A stretch of 62,672 nt of DNA, counting the filler, from Sluysia triapertura (Eukaryota): NCBI GenBank assembly GCA_046118255.1. It is 5 parts of 5 records of this genome, joined end to end, with 100 filler letters (N's around TTAATTAATTAA, not from the genome) between each part and the next. Parts side by side here need not be neighbours in the genome. Positions count along the whole stretch, not along the records: positions 1 to 15,728 come from JBJNIA010220912.1; positions 15,829 to 26,856 come from JBJNIA010189908.1; 3 more parts are not named here. One strand, written 5' to 3'. Shown here piece after piece: positions 12,151 to 26,956 of this stretch (the first letter of the stretch is position 1; every line of letters begins with the position of its first letter). The notes below the pieces were generated by a model. That model did not search any database and was not told the DNA's origin. It saw only the letters and a program-made list of their open reading frames with translations. A program made the translations under genes and the position numbers.

Positions 12151-15100
12151 GCTAGTTTTAATTTGGTACTATTTAAAAAATTTAAATTATTAGTACACTT
12201 AAAATGATTTTACAAATATTTTTATTTGAGTTCATTTTAACTGAGGTTTTAAATTACATAATACATTGGTTTTTATTGCTGATGATTGGAATCGATTTAA
12301 TTTAATTTTACAACGAAATATAAAAATTCATCATTAAATATCACGTTGTTTGTTTATAAAAGTATGATATGATCAATACTTTTATTTTAATTTTGAATTT
12401 AAATTTGACTGCCTTTTTATGTAAATATTAATTAATGTTTTCAATTATTATCAATTTTTATAGAATAATCTAGAAAATTTTTTTCCGTTTGGAAAATTTG
12501 TGATTTTAAAGGTTTTGAAGGCAACATAAGAGTTTATTTCAATAATGAGATAAAATTCTAGAACACGTTTAGAAAAGTTTGAGGAAAGCCTCAAATAGTA
12601 AAGCAGTAAGGCTTTATCCACCATTCATAATTACATGTATTTCAAATGTTTTGTTGTTATTATTCCAATTTCACTTATATACAGGATTTGAATTTGTGTA
12701 AATCAAAAATGAATAATAAATTATTGACGAATAAAATTACTTAAAAATTACCTTTTCCAATATAAATGATAACATAATCATTATGTTGTATTATTTAAAT
12801 ATTAAGTAATCAAATTGTTAATATAAAATCTTATTCAAAAATAAATCAAAATTTACGTAGAATTTATAAGTTTGCTTTAAAATTATTTTTCTTACTAATT
12901 ACAAACTAACGTTTTTTAATTTCTTTTTTAGTAATAATATGTAATAATATAGGTCTTATTCGTCTACAAGTTTTTTGCCCAAAAATGAAAATCAAAAAAT
13001 TATTGAGAATCCAGTTTACTGAATTAAATTAATTTTCCATTAATACCTAGACTTAAAAATTATACATTGTTGTGTTAAGTAAATTGTGAAAATATCGAGT
13101 TCTAAAGCGTTTTTAAATGATATTTATGGTTAGTTTGCTATCATTGACCTTATACTAGTTCGTCTCAATTATTAGTGATTCATCAACTATAATAGCACTA
13201 TAGTTGCTGTATTTTAAACAACATTGTTTTACTTTAATAATAATAACTTTCTAAATAATAATAATAATATTACTTTTTAATAATAATAATAATATTACTT
13301 TTTAATAATAATAATAATTTGAATATTAATAATAATACAATAACAATAATAATTTATGATAACTATTTTAATTAAATTAAATTAACTATTACAAATTAAT
13401 TAGATTAATAACAATTTTACATAAATTACATAATTTAAACATTTTGAACAATAATCATTACAATAATTATTACAAAATAAATAAATTATATCTGAGTATA
13501 CATTTAACAATTTACTAAACATTCTTTCAAAGTGAAGTTTCACGAACTCAAAATATAATTTCAATTTTTCAAAATGACATTACAAAAATTAAAAATGTGG
13601 GTTCAAACACTATAGAAAGTAAAACGAAGACTAATGAATTTAAATGAAATAAATAAGACTAATTTTAAGAATTTATAATTAATGAAAATGTTATTTACAA
13701 TATTTTGTAAACAGGAAGTAGCTGAAGACAAACTGATACATAAACTGGAGGCTATTTAATCATTGAAAAGATAGCCATCTATGTAAGAAATTAGATGACC
13801 TTAAATAGAAAAGAAATATTTGGTGTGGCAGTAGCATCGAACATTTTAAATTATTTTTCACTGAAAGATTATTTTAAAAATCTAATTACAGTTTTTAAGG
13901 GTGACTTTCGAGATTACAAGATTATGTATGTTGGGTTATAGCACTCACAGTCACATTTGAAGAACAATTGTAGTTAATAATTAATAATAAAATAATAATT
14001 TTTAGATATTAACTTTTATGCGAATATTATTTTTATTATAAATGATGGCACAAAAAATACTGAGTGGATGCAAATACTTATACATAGTATAAATTTGAAT
14101 AGTATAAATACTTATTCTTTTCAGTCATTATTTCACAATTACAATTACCAAATACAATTTTAATTTTCTGTTGTAATTTTTATTTCAATTTAATTGCAAA
14201 TATCATTTTTTTAAAAATTAATAAGTATTAATTATAAATATTATAAATTAAATTCATTCCGAATAAAAAAATTAACATATTCTATCATGCGTTAAGAAAT
14301 TCTTGTATTAATTATATCAGACTTGAATCATATATCAAAAATTTCTTGTGATTCTCACATATTTTGTAGAATTATATATTGTAATTAATTTGTTAGTTAT
14401 TAAAAATTAAATGCATTGGTGTTTATTATGAACGATTAACGTAAATTACCGATAAATTTTTACATGAGTTATTAAAGCATTTAATTAACATAAGATAAAA
14501 CAAATCCTTACTAAAATTTACAATTTATAATAAATATTAAAAAGGAATGTTAAAATTAAGCTTATTATCTTTACAAACATCCAAATTTTTATGGTGGTAT
14601 TTATTTCATATTATAACTAAATACTTTAGTGTTGGATTCAAATATAATTGATTTTTTAGGATTAATTGTGATAATTTTTACAAATTAATCTTAATTATAT
14701 CCAAAAATTCCATACAAAATTTTTGTATTATTTACAAACTTTTGTGAATATACATTATTATTTAATGGTAAATCATTTATATGAAGTAAATGGAAATTAA
14801 TTAATTTTAGATTAATGTGTATAGCAATAATACCTACTGTGAAATATGCACTAAAAGTTTTTAGATTATTTCATTCATAATAATATTCCTGAAAAAGAAA
14901 GAATTTGTTTCTATAAATACAAATATATTAGCATTCATGTAGTATCAGGAATAAATATTGCATAAAATTTCATTTTTCTTCAACTTCTTTTTCTTTTTTT
15001 CAAACTTCTTCGAAAAGTGTCTTGACAATTTTGGCTTTTTCACAATCTTAACATTCTTTAGTTTTGGAGATTAATTTGTTACATTGTTCGCATTTGAGGC

Positions 15101-15728
15101 GGAACGGTTTTAATAAAGACAGAATAATAAAAATAAAATATAAAGATATCAGAATAAAAGGATAGAAAGTCGATAAAAGCAATATGATGACTATGGTAAT
15201 CGTGAAGTTATATAAAAGTTAAAATCTAACAGCATTATTAAACGAAAACAATAGTTATTAATCCGGAACTTACTCATTTAAAACTTAGGATTTAAATATG
15301 TAGATATTTATGTTGTGTAAAGTAATGGAATGTGCGAAATATGTTGAGGTGTGTTCAAACTTGAGTTTTGTGCGTACACGTAATATTAGTAGAATGATAT
15401 AACCGCAAGTTTAGGATTGAAACACTACGAATGTGACAAATAATATTGAATTAGAAAATTAAATAATGATTAGAGGAAGCATGTTACCATATTATGTGAT
15501 GAAAATCATGAATAAGAAAAACAACATACAAACATCAGAAATTTGAATAGAAAATATAGTTGTAAAATTTATATCTACATTTTAACTTCATGTTGTTGTC
15601 ATTATATCTACAAATAATAGTTGTAAACATTATAAGTCATATTTAGAAAGGTATATTTATTTCATAAGGAAATATACATATATCATCTTTTTATCATCAA
15701 CTAGTTTTAATTTATAATTCACTTTGTA

Positions 15729-15828
15729 NNNNNNNNNNNNNNNNNNNNNNNNNNNNNNNNNNNNNNNNNNNNTTAATTAATTAANNNNNNNNNNNNNNNN
15801 NNNNNNNNNNNNNNNNNNNNNNNNNNNN
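15729..15828. other. Artificial contig spacer N44-TTAATTAATTAA-N44
   Basis: Identical 100-nt spacer occurs four times. The 12-mer has stops in all six frames. Confidence 0.95.
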
Positions 15829-16137
15829 GAATGTAAGAGTTTATTGAGTTGGGAATGTTAAGATATGGATTAATTTATTGTTGGATGTAGTTTGGTGAAA
15901 TGTTAGGGTTGTATCTTGTTGTTTTATGGAATGAGTTGAGTGATGTTTTATGTTTGAAAGGTGTTGTTGTGAGTATTGTTGTTTTATGTGATAGCTTTTA
16001 CTTTGATGAAATTGTTTAACTGGAATTGTGTTTTGAACTTAAGTTAAGGGGTTGGCCACTACAGGGGCCACAAGATATTAAATCACAATCTACCCACGAG
16101 CTATTATACTCAATTACACTATGGCACCTTAGGCCTA

Positions 16138-16191
16138 TAGTTCTATATGTTTCTCACTCATCTCCTGATATACAGTTTGGAAATCCCAACA
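16138..16191 (-). repeat. R1 repeat terminal fragment
   Basis: tagttctatatgtttctcactcatctcctgatatacagtttggaaatcccaaca is near-identical to 7423-7475. Confidence 0.7.
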
Positions 16192-16404
16192 AATACATCA
16201 ACCTGGCACCCCCAAACACCACCACCAATGGTCAAAAAGCACTATGCATTTATTTCTTTTTCTACTTTTCTAGAAGCAAATTTGTGCCCTCATGACGCAC
16301 CTGAGGCCCTGTCACCACTGTTAACGGTGTTGCAAATGTTCGAAAATTTATACAAAAAGTAAGACAAAATAAATCGTTTTAAAGTTTGTAATGAATCCAA
16401 TAAC

Positions 16405-16442
<38 letters not shown>

Positions 16443-16872
16443 TAATAATAATAATTTCTATGATATTAAATATATGATATTAGACATGTGGTCTAATTAA
16501 GATTGGAGTTTGTAAAATTTGGGAAATTAATGCATTTAAAATGCTATATTTAAAAGCTTATGTTGAAATTGTATGACAGTTGTGTTTATGAGTGTTTGCA
16601 TTGAATATTGTAAGTATTCTTTTGTGGATTGTGAATGATAACATTATAAATTAAAGGGAGTAAACCTTCAAAGATACATTTGTTAATCATTTCAAAATAT
16701 CAGAAAGCACTAGAATTATATTTCAATAAAAATTCATTAAAAATTTTCATTTGTTGCTAAATAATTCAATTTTTATATTATTATAATATGTGCATAATAA
16801 AAGGTATTCAAAATAGCAAATTGTCTAAAATACTAATTAAATAAATCAATATTAATAAATGACATTTTATTA

Positions 16873-17142
16873 ATGTCTGAAAATGAACAAACTAATAGCG
16901 ACATAGCGGCAAATGCACGCAAAATTAAAACTTATTTAAAAGCAGCAAAAAATGAATATGAAAATACGATAAATAATGAACGAGAAAAAGTGAAACTGAG
17001 TAATGAAAAAACCAAAGCTCGCGCTCTACAAGACGATTTAGTTAATGAGCAAGAGTTACGACAGGCGCATCGACAAATCGAAAATATTAAATCATTAGAA
17101 CAAATGGTTAATAAAATTGATCAAGGATCAAGTGATGCTGAA
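16873..17142 (+). CDS. Probable ESCRT-III Snf7/CHMP-like coiled-coil protein, first exon
   Basis: ATG-initiated helical ORF with ...RQIENIKSLEQMVNKIDQGSSDAE, reminiscent of CHMP6/7 helix 2. Consensus GTAAGT donor at 17143. No downstream exon recognised. Confidence 0.45.
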
Positions 17143-20100
17143 GTAAGTAAACATTAATTTTAAATTTGTTTTAAATGCTGATATGTTTAAACAATTAAAT
17201 ACGAAGTCAACATTAATACATTTTAAAAGAATAAATTAACAAAACTAAATAAAATATAATGCAATTTTTTAAAAATATTTAAAATAAAATATTTCCTGAT
17301 GATAGCTAATATTTGAGATAGATAGCTAAAAAAGAATATATTTTAAGTGCTTATTAAAGAAGAACATCGATAAGACATATCAAAACTAATAATATTACAA
17401 TATTTATTGTAAATTACAACAAAGAATACTTATTTTAAGAATATTATTTTAAGGTAAGTCAAGTTACTCAGAAAGCGATCCCTAGAACAAATTAGGTAAG
17501 AAAAACGAAGGACATTATGTTGGAAGATATAATTCAAAAAAACATTGAAAGGATATAAAAACTTTCCAAAGGTTATGAAATATTTAATAAGTTGACTTCA
17601 AAGTTTCAGGATGGTTAAGATCTTTTTGTAAAGTACAAGCTTCTCCAAATTTTAAGCTAATTTAACTAAATACCTTACCAATAAGCTCATTTTTTCATCT
17701 CTCGGATTAAATTTATCCCGAAGTTTTGGTTGTAATAGTTTCTTTCATTCGTACCTAACTTGATCATGTGTCTCCAGATTTTAGGTTCAAAAATGCTAGC
17801 AAAGGTGTTAAATTTATTTTAGACCTTGACATAAATTTAATACCCATTAGTAATTTGGTCTTACTAAAGGATGTACTATCTAAAAGTTTGCTATGTTACA
17901 TAATATCATCGTCATAATATTTTGAATTAAAATACTCAGTGAAATAATTAACTCTCATTGGATGAAAATATAAAAACGAATTGACTAAATATAATAAAAC
18001 TTTGTCATAAATAATATAAAATTCTAAGTATTTAAGAATGTACCAACTAAACGATAATAAATTGGAATGTTAGAATGTGATATTATTGAGTAGCGAAATA
18101 CAAGTTAGTCATTGGTAGATGGAACCGATGTTTGCATTTTTGGTGGAATTTGTTTTGACCATATTTTCTAGATTAAATAAATACATTGTATGATCAATCT
18201 CATTTGACTTTCATGAAATGATACTTCGATTGATTTATCCATCGCATTTATTCAATTAGAAACTCGGTAATAAATGCCAAGTTGGATGTTGTTAATTGGT
18301 CCTTTAGTACTTTAAATATGTTTATTACTAATTTGATATCAACGAGTTTTATTAAACATTTGACATGTTTTATGTGCAATGAAATATGTGTTCAAGTGAT
18401 GTGTTGTTGATGATTTTTAGATAAAAATTGCTGATTAACTTCATCATCTTAATAGAATAATTGAACATGACATATAGCATAAAAATCGTAAATGACTTTT
18501 CTTATGATTACTCTTTTTATGCGTTTATGATTAATACATATTGATTTGTTAGTACCGGTGCATTTTTATGTAATTTTGTGCGTTTGTAGGCCATCATTAA
18601 AAGACACATAATGATTAGTCATCACGATAACTCAATATTTACTATTATATTAAGAAGATTGTTTTAATAAAGAAGATATAATACTTATTAAATTAAATAA
18701 GATATTTATTTACATTTAAGTGGCATTAATTTTTATTTGATTTAGGAATAAATAGAGGAATTTTATTGACTGCTTTATTTATTGTAGAAACAAGTTGATT
18801 CTGAAATATAACGTTTATCAATTAGTAGTTGCATAAATTAAACGATCTTTAGTAACAATCTAAAGTTTTTATTTTATTAAAGTTTTAAAATGATTTTTTT
18901 TGAATGCTAACATAATTAATAATAATATATTAATTTATATTGCGCTCATATCCTCTACAAAGTAAGTACTTAAAAGTAAATCATTCACCATAATTTTTCT
19001 TAAACAGAAACTTTGCCTTTTTTTTAAATATTTCATAATCTTTCAGTAATTTGACATTCTCTGGTAATACTGGTTGTATATTTTTGAAATATAAACGGTA
19101 TACAACCTATCATCTAGCTCTTATTATCACTGTAGATTAGCATGCCTCAATGAAATTTATTATTTCTAAAAGATATTCAGGACTTTCGCGAAATATAAAC
19201 ATTTGTAAATTATTGTCATTATTTTGAATTCTATTCTATTCTTTTATTGGCAACCAATGTAATTCTTTACATAAGATCTTCTTCCAACTTGGAGAATTAG
19301 TCTTGCTGCTTGATTAATTATTAATTGTAATTTTTTCACATTTCTATATGAAATTGAGTGCAATAAACCATTGTTAAAATCTATGTTGCTATGAATAAAC
19401 AATAAGTTTTGTATTTGAATTTCGTTTGCAACTCGTTAACTTCAATACATCTCTATTGTGTTATGACTTCATTTTATTTTGTTAATCATTATGCAACAAT
19501 TTTTAATGTTACTTTTAACTCTGTTCAAATATAACAATAGTCGAAATTAATAAAACTAGTATGAAAATTACCAATACGAAATTTGCTACCCCACTAATGA
19601 GATATTTCTATAGGTTATCCATTCAACCTAGCGAGTAATCTCAGTACTACTATCATCCAGAACAAGATGAGTAATATTGATTGGAGTAAGTGAATGATTT
19701 AATTTTTGATGAATCAATACTACGACTTAATTACGTATCAAATGTACGATTGAATGGAATGGAAAATAATTCATAATCTGTTTTCTACGATAATAATGAA
19801 TTTAATACGAAGTGCAAGCATTATTTTTCTTGATAATTATCGAATTCGCGATATACAATCGGAAGTTGTAGTTTCATATGTCCACTTGTTCATCTTCGAA
19901 CAATATTTATTCATTATATCTTTAAACTATTATTGGATATTTTAATTTTGTTTATCGATTTAACATCTATCCACTTATTTAATGATTTGTCCTTCAAAAT
20001 TTGTTGTACAAGTTCAATTTGATATTCGATTAAATCAACATTTCTAATCTCATACACACTTTGTGGTATTTGATAATGATTAATTTTATTATTGATTATT

Positions 20101-20239
20101 AATTATGATATTACATTCTTCATTTAATTTATTCAATCTTTTTTTAACTTGGCTATTATTTCCTTTGGAGTATTTTTTCGTAGAACTAATTTGTAATATT
20201 TTGAATTTTAAATTTCGAATAGTATATTCATTGTATCTA

Positions 20240-20976
20240 CTGTGCTTTTTCTAACCCTTAACTTACGGTAAACTGTTTTTTGAGCAAGGACGTTTCTGTA
20301 ACTGTATCAGCTAATACTTGATTTAACTAGTAATGCTCCTTAATTAGGGTCATGTCAAATGCTTAATTAACTACGTGATAATTGTTTCAAAAAACTTAAT
20401 TTAATCTACAATTTCAGATAACCTTTTATTCAATTAAATGAAAACAAGATTATAACTTTATTGCACAAAAACGAATGATTAAATGTTATAACGATAAGAG
20501 TAAAATATAAAATGATATTTTAAAATTAAAGCTACGAGAGAGTTTAATTTTATAACTATAATATATTAAGTGTAGTTTACCCCTCAATATATCGGGACTA
20601 ATAATTAAAATAAATGAGATTTTGAGTGAATTTTATAATTTCGACTTCGACAGTTCGAATTTATCTAAAATAGAATTCCAGAATAATCTTGACTTATTGT
20701 CTATCTGCAGATGCTGCCAAGTTATTGAATGCACTAGTAATTGTTGCTGTGGTTTTTCTTAATGCTAAACCTGTGGCAAAATAAAAATGAGCAGGGTCCG
20801 GCTACCGAAAGCGTCTTACATCTAATAGTTGGCATATCTGTTTCTTATAAATGAAAAATGGTACTTAACTTACTTAATATTACTTTTAATACTTTTAGAG
20901 GGTCTTAAACCTATTTATCAGTTAATAATTGACAAAGATCAAAATTTTATTATTAAAATTAAAAAGGATTTAAGCA

Positions 20977-21032
<56 letters not shown>

Positions 21033-21510
21033 TAATTTACAATCAAAATTTTCTTACAAATATTTGGGTTTAAATTACAAATTTAATGAAAAATTCCTCT
21101 TATTATATTGAGGATATAAAAATTAATTAAATGAAATATTTTGAGTTGATTTTAATATTTTTATCTTCTCCGGGATAAACAAAAACAATTTACCGATATC
21201 ATGGAAATTAAAATGTCCAGAAAGTCCAATTTAATGTACTTGTTCTAAATACCAAAATAACACCGAAGCAAAGACTTTGAATCGCTAAATCACTTGACAA
21301 ATTGATAAAAAAAATGACGACGGAAATTCCAATAATTAAATGGCGGACTATTAAATATGGCTGTACTAAATAGCTAACTAATTAAATGGCGATTTTCATT
21401 AAACTGATGCTAGTTTATATACTAGTCATCAGCCAATGAAAATCGATGGAATATAAGCAAATTTTCCTTTTTAGATTTCTATTTTCTTTTTTGGAAAATA
21501 AATGTTTTTT
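20240..21510 (-). mobile_element. Composite repeat family R2, inverted copy
   Basis: Blocks such as gtttacccctcaatatatcggga, ctagtttatatactagtcatcagccaatgaaaatc and tgctgtggttttt are reverse complements of blocks in 44380-46040. Confidence 0.7.
20980..21035. repeat. (AAT)n microsatellite
   Basis: Perfect trinucleotide run. Similar runs at about 16407-16456, 41410-41470 and 45219-45269. Confidence 0.95.
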
Positions 21511-24500
21511 GGATATTTGGAAACTCTAAAATATTTTTTCAATGTTTTAAAAGGAAGTTTAATAATATTTTACATAATTTTAGGGGGTTGGTTCTGCCAT
21601 AAACATAGTCATATCAAATCTTGTGGTTAAAGAATAAAACATGAATAGGATGGCCAAACAATATCCTTTTCCAAATGATGCTGTCGATAACTGTTATTAA
21701 ATCATCACTTTCACAAATTCTTATTGTATTTGAAATCAGGACAGAATGTAATATTATTATTTTATTAAATAAATTTTTTTGCCATAAAAACAGAAATCAT
21801 TAGTACTAATTTGATTTTCTGGAAATAATATAACTATTTCAACTTCCAAATAAATTTCAATCTCAATATATTAAACAAACAATCTGGATACCTCAGAAAA
21901 TATGTGTAGTATCCTGGAATGTCCTAAACATCATTTCATATTTGTGTTTAATTAAATTTTGATTGGAGAAGTTGGTATCGATTAATCGTACGACTCGTTA
22001 TAACATCACTTTTCAGTTAAATTGATTTATCATTGAATTTGTAATAACTGAAAAATAAATAAAATTCGAAACTACATTAAATTTTTGTGTTTTCCTCTTT
22101 TGGCTTCTTAAAGATATTTTTGGTAACGTTTTTGAGAATCCTTTTTTTGAAATATAATAATTGATAAAAAGTTATAAATGAATTTCTAATTTATACACTA
22201 ATTTTTGTTCGAAATTATCCAATTAGAAATGAGACACCAAATTTAATTTTTATTACTACAACTTCAGCAAATTTCACATTTTAAATTCCAAGCACAATTT
22301 TCATTCATTCATCAATTTGAATGGAATTTCAGATATGTGATGAATTAAACTAATATCACTATAATGGTTTCTTCTGATTGGTTCCCCTCGATTGAAAATT
22401 TCCCTGATTTCATTCTTTTATAGTACTCAAATTATTTGTTATACGAATCAGATAATCATCGTACGAATTATCGCCAAACCAGCTCTTTTCGAAAAGGTCT
22501 GATCTCTCAATAACTAAAAAAAATTTTAATATCTGAAAAGAAATAAAACTAAAATATTAAAATTAAAAACGTCATTATGATTTTCGGATGACACCGTAAA
22601 GTTGAAAGAACTTTTAATTGGTCGATATTTCGTTTCTCTGATTCAAAATTATTTACCCTTTGAATTTTCCTTTCTACCTTCGAAAGCCACTTAATATTTA
22701 AGACAGTTTACGCAATGATAAAAATGAATTTATAATGTCAGTAATTTATGTACTTTACTTGAAATATACAATTAGATTAAGAAATCAAGTCTTTTTTATT
22801 TCTACAATTTCAGCAAGTTGCATATTTTTAATTCTACAGACAACAATTTTACCACTAGGAAAAATAGTGACACGCAAAGGACTGTATTTCAAATAACACA
22901 AAGCAGGAAAATTTTTAGTTCAAATATGTATTAATTCTCAAGTTTAGTTGGTATAAATTAATTGATTCGTCCATTTTAAAATTACTGTGCATGATGCTAT
23001 ACAATCACTTTGAATTCTGATTCAACATTGATTTCTTAAACTATAATTCTGCAAAAATAACCAATAAATAATTTTTTAATTTGTATACGTACTGTTTTGA
23101 TTAAATTTTAAATGACTAATATCATCTAAAATGTTATGTTATCTTTGTAATAAATATTTGCTAACGCGACCTAAAAATGACAAATGATTCTTTGTAACTA
23201 TTTATGCGCGCTTAAAATTGTTCCTATCCACACCAATTAACAATAAAATGGCTAAATTCTTTGTTCTAATTACTGAGATTCTATATTTTAAAGAAAGCTA
23301 ACTTGTCATAAATGGAAAATACTAAAGAGTTCTTTTGTAGTCCAAATGTAATAACTAAGCCTAGGCTTGTCCATAGGATTTAAAAACTATTAATTCTAAG
23401 CGAATTGGAGATCAAAAATTACTTTGAGTGCAAATAATAATATCATTTATAAATAATATAATGATAAAATAATATTAAAAAATAGTATATTCACAAAGAT
23501 AAATGGAATAAGATAAGTTAATAGCCAACAACTGCTACTAGTGAAAAATTAAAATTTGAAGATTAATTATTGACTATAATCGAAATTTCGAGATATTGTT
23601 CAAACTCGATAATATTACTGCTTGACAACAGAAGTATATCATAATATTAGATTTTATTATTTGGATATTTGTTTTGATTTTAAAATAAATTAATAAATAA
23701 AAATAATTAAATTAATCTTCAACTTTAAACAGAAACAGATTGTAATTAAATTTAAAAAATAAAATTTTGCAATATAAATGACAATCTTTCGCTTGTTTTT
23801 ATTTAATTCGTTTATTTACCTTTTGGGTGGGAAATAATAAATCTGTGTAAACTCAAACAGCAATAATAAGAGTACTTGTAGCAATTTTAAACAAAAATAA
23901 AATTAATAAAGTGAACTTTTAAAAACTTTAAGTAATAAATAATTTACTAAAATATTAATAAATAAATATTATTACAATATTATTAACTGTAATTGATATT
24001 TTATTATATATTATTGTATACAATTGAAATTTTATTGTTAGTAACAAAATAGTCAAATTCTTAATGTTATGAATTTGAAATATTGATATCAAATGATAGC
24101 ATTTAAATTGACATAAAACTAGTTAAAATTAATCTTTATTAGAAAATATTAATTTCACTATTACTAATAAAGTTATAATTTCACTTAAATTATAGATTAT
24201 TAAATTATAGATTATTAATTTAAATAATTGAAGTTTTTGTTTTGAATCTCTGCATATGATGATTCATAAGTGTGTTATTTATTTCTGACTAAATTCTGAC
24301 TAAACAATATCTACAAAGTACATTCGTGTATTGATAAAACAAATACAAAATCGTTTTGAATCATTTATCAATGAATTATTTTACATTAAAATTACGTGTC
24401 AGATATATCACAGAAATGAAATAATTGAGTGGAAATTTTTTTAAGATAGTGTATATTTATGAAATAATTTAATGTTAACATAATTTAGCATTTATTGTTG

Positions 24501-25299
24501 ACATACTCGACTATTTCTAATGGTAGAAATTGTGTTCGAATTTTCTATATATATTGAATTAGATCCTATTTCACTATGAAGTAAAAACTTTAGTAATACT
24601 CCAAAGTTATCTATTTTAACATAATTACAATTCTCTAGGCAATCTGCCACATTTAAAATCTGATGGATACTCAAATTGAATTATAAAATTGTGTTTAAAC
24701 TATTTGTATTTTGTATTAATTCATCTAGATTCAAATTTTAATGATTAGATACTGCATTATTGTTGCCATTGTATTTTTATATTGAACTATATTTTCAGTG
24801 TTGTATATATGATTAAATGCGATGAAGTTACAAATTTCTTTTCTTCACTTTTTGAAATTTTTGAAAAAAAAGAAAACATAGAAGTAATAAGTAATGCACT
24901 TTGAAAATATTCAATATAAAGGTTTACATTTAATAATTAGCTGTATTTAACTTCAATATTTAACAAAAAATACATATGAACAATGGAAATACAAATAAAC
25001 CACAATGAAATCTTTTTTTCGAACAAAATTTAAATTCAGTCTAACAATACATTTTTTAACATTCTGAGATTGTTTCAAATATCATTTAATTTTTATTGCA
25101 GAAAAATCATTAGTCTTACCTTGTTTGAAAATTGGTAACTATTTAAAATTGCTTTGAAAAAATTTACTCACTTTAAATTTTCATTTTTATAACTTTGAAT
25201 ATCAATTGTTGCGAAATCACAAGGTCATAAGGAGTTCACCTGTGAATATATTTGTTGGGATATAATAATTAAGCATAATAATCTAAAACTTGTGAGACG

Positions 25300-25370
25300 G
25301 GACTGATAGCTCAGTGGTGGAGCATCGAAATGCGCAGCAAGAGGTCCGGGGTTCGATCCCGGTTAGTTCA
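25300..25370 (+). tRNA. tRNA-Ala-like pseudogene or SINE head, copy B
   Basis: GGACTGATAGCTCAGTGGTGGAGCATCGAAATGCGCAGCAAGAGGTCCGGGGTTCGATCCCGGTTAGTTCA then TTTT. Homologous to 6967-7038, including the AGAC leader. Confidence 0.65.
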
Positions 25371-26363
25371 TTTTGTAAAGGTGTAAAATTTTTAATTTTA
25401 TTCTGCATTTATTTACAAAAATTGTAAAAATTATAAATATTATAAAAAATTATTAAAATTATTATATAAATTATACTAAAATTAAAATTATTATTATTAT
25501 AAATTAAAAAATAACTAAAAAGAAACTTCTCGAAAGAAGTTTGTTTAATTAAATTAAATTTAAAAAATGTCTTTATGTCTATACAAAGACATACAAAGAA
25601 ATTACGCCATCAATCAAATAAAGAAGCCATTAAAATTAGACAGAGAAAATTGTTACGCCATTTGAAAAGTCATCACAAAAAGATTATTTGCAGCACCACC
25701 CGGCTCGTCATCATCAAATTCATTATTAAATTTTTTATTTCAAATCCTTCCATTTATTTTGTGCGATTAGAGGGGTAGCATTTCCTAAGCAGCAGCAACT
25801 CGATCGTTCAATCTAAATTCAAGCAACATCAAATTATATTATTAATTAAATTCGTAAGTTTGATTTGCATAAGTTTATAAACTCCCATAGAGCCATAAAA
25901 TCCACTAAAAATACTGCTTTTCACAGTTGGTCATTAAGGCCAATCATAAAATCAAGCTAAAATATAAAATCTTCAACCTTTAGTTGGAACTTAAGGTCAA
26001 TTATAAAATAAATATTGCAAGGTAGAGTCTTTTGGCCAGGCCCTTATTATAATTTAACTATTATTGTTATTATAAATTTATTATCTATAAACTTTTTGTG
26101 TTTTTATTGAATTTTATAAGTTTTCAATAATTTTTATTTATATTTTAATTTCGAGTAATTAAAGTATTAGAAAGTTTTACGTTTTGTTCTTATTATAATT
26201 GTCTTAATACTAACTTTGTAATTTAAATCCATTTAAAAAAACTAATTTACACTACGATCAATTTATATTTGAATATATTTTTCATTGTAAAGACGTTAAG
26301 TCCAATATCCTTTCATAGAATCATTATTTACTTGATTTTTATATTAATTTAAATATTCCATAA

Positions 26364-26710
26364 GCCAGCGTTGGTCTTAGTTAGTTTTATAAGTTATTTA
26401 TTGTTAGTTGACATAAACTACAATTTTACCCATTATTGTTAAGTTAAGACAAAGAATATTTTTTGTACAATTAATTTGATAATTGTTTTTCACTTACCTA
26501 ACAGCAAAATAAATTATTATTCAAAGTCCGTCTACACTATGCGACTTACTCATGGCGTACGTGTAAAAATAACGTGAAAACAATCATAAAGATTAAAAGT
26601 ATAAAAATACGCTTTGCCTTAACTTAAACAATAGAGGACAAAATCGTCGGTTATGTCGACTGATACTAAATAGCTTACAAAATATAATGTTAACAATGAC
26701 CAACGCTGGC
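26364..26710. mobile_element. Foldback MITE with about 105-bp imperfect TIRs
   Basis: Perfect 13-bp ends gccagcgttggtc ... gaccaacgctggc. The inverted repeat continues inward (gttgacataa/ttatgtcgac, ttaagttaagacaaag/ctttgccttaacttaa). Confidence 0.8.
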
Positions 26711-26856
26711 GTCTGTATTTAAGTCTGTATTTATTGTTAAACTGTTAATTAGGGAATGAGTAAAAAGCATAGGATTAAAAAATGAAGGAAGAATTGATGA
26801 GAAGTAACAGATGAAGTATTATAAACATTGTTGAAATAAGAATTATGAAAGAGAAA

Positions 26857-26956
26857 NNNNNNNNNNNNNNNNNNNNNNNNNNNNNNNNNNNNNNNNNNNN
26901 TTAATTAATTAANNNNNNNNNNNNNNNNNNNNNNNNNNNNNNNNNNNNNNNNNNNN
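26857..26956. other. Artificial contig spacer
   Basis: N44-TTAATTAATTAA-N44. Confidence 0.95.

Noticed and set aside
13815-13930. VAVAS and GDFR resemble Pif1/Helitron helicase motifs
   Set aside because: Spacing far too short and no Walker A seen.
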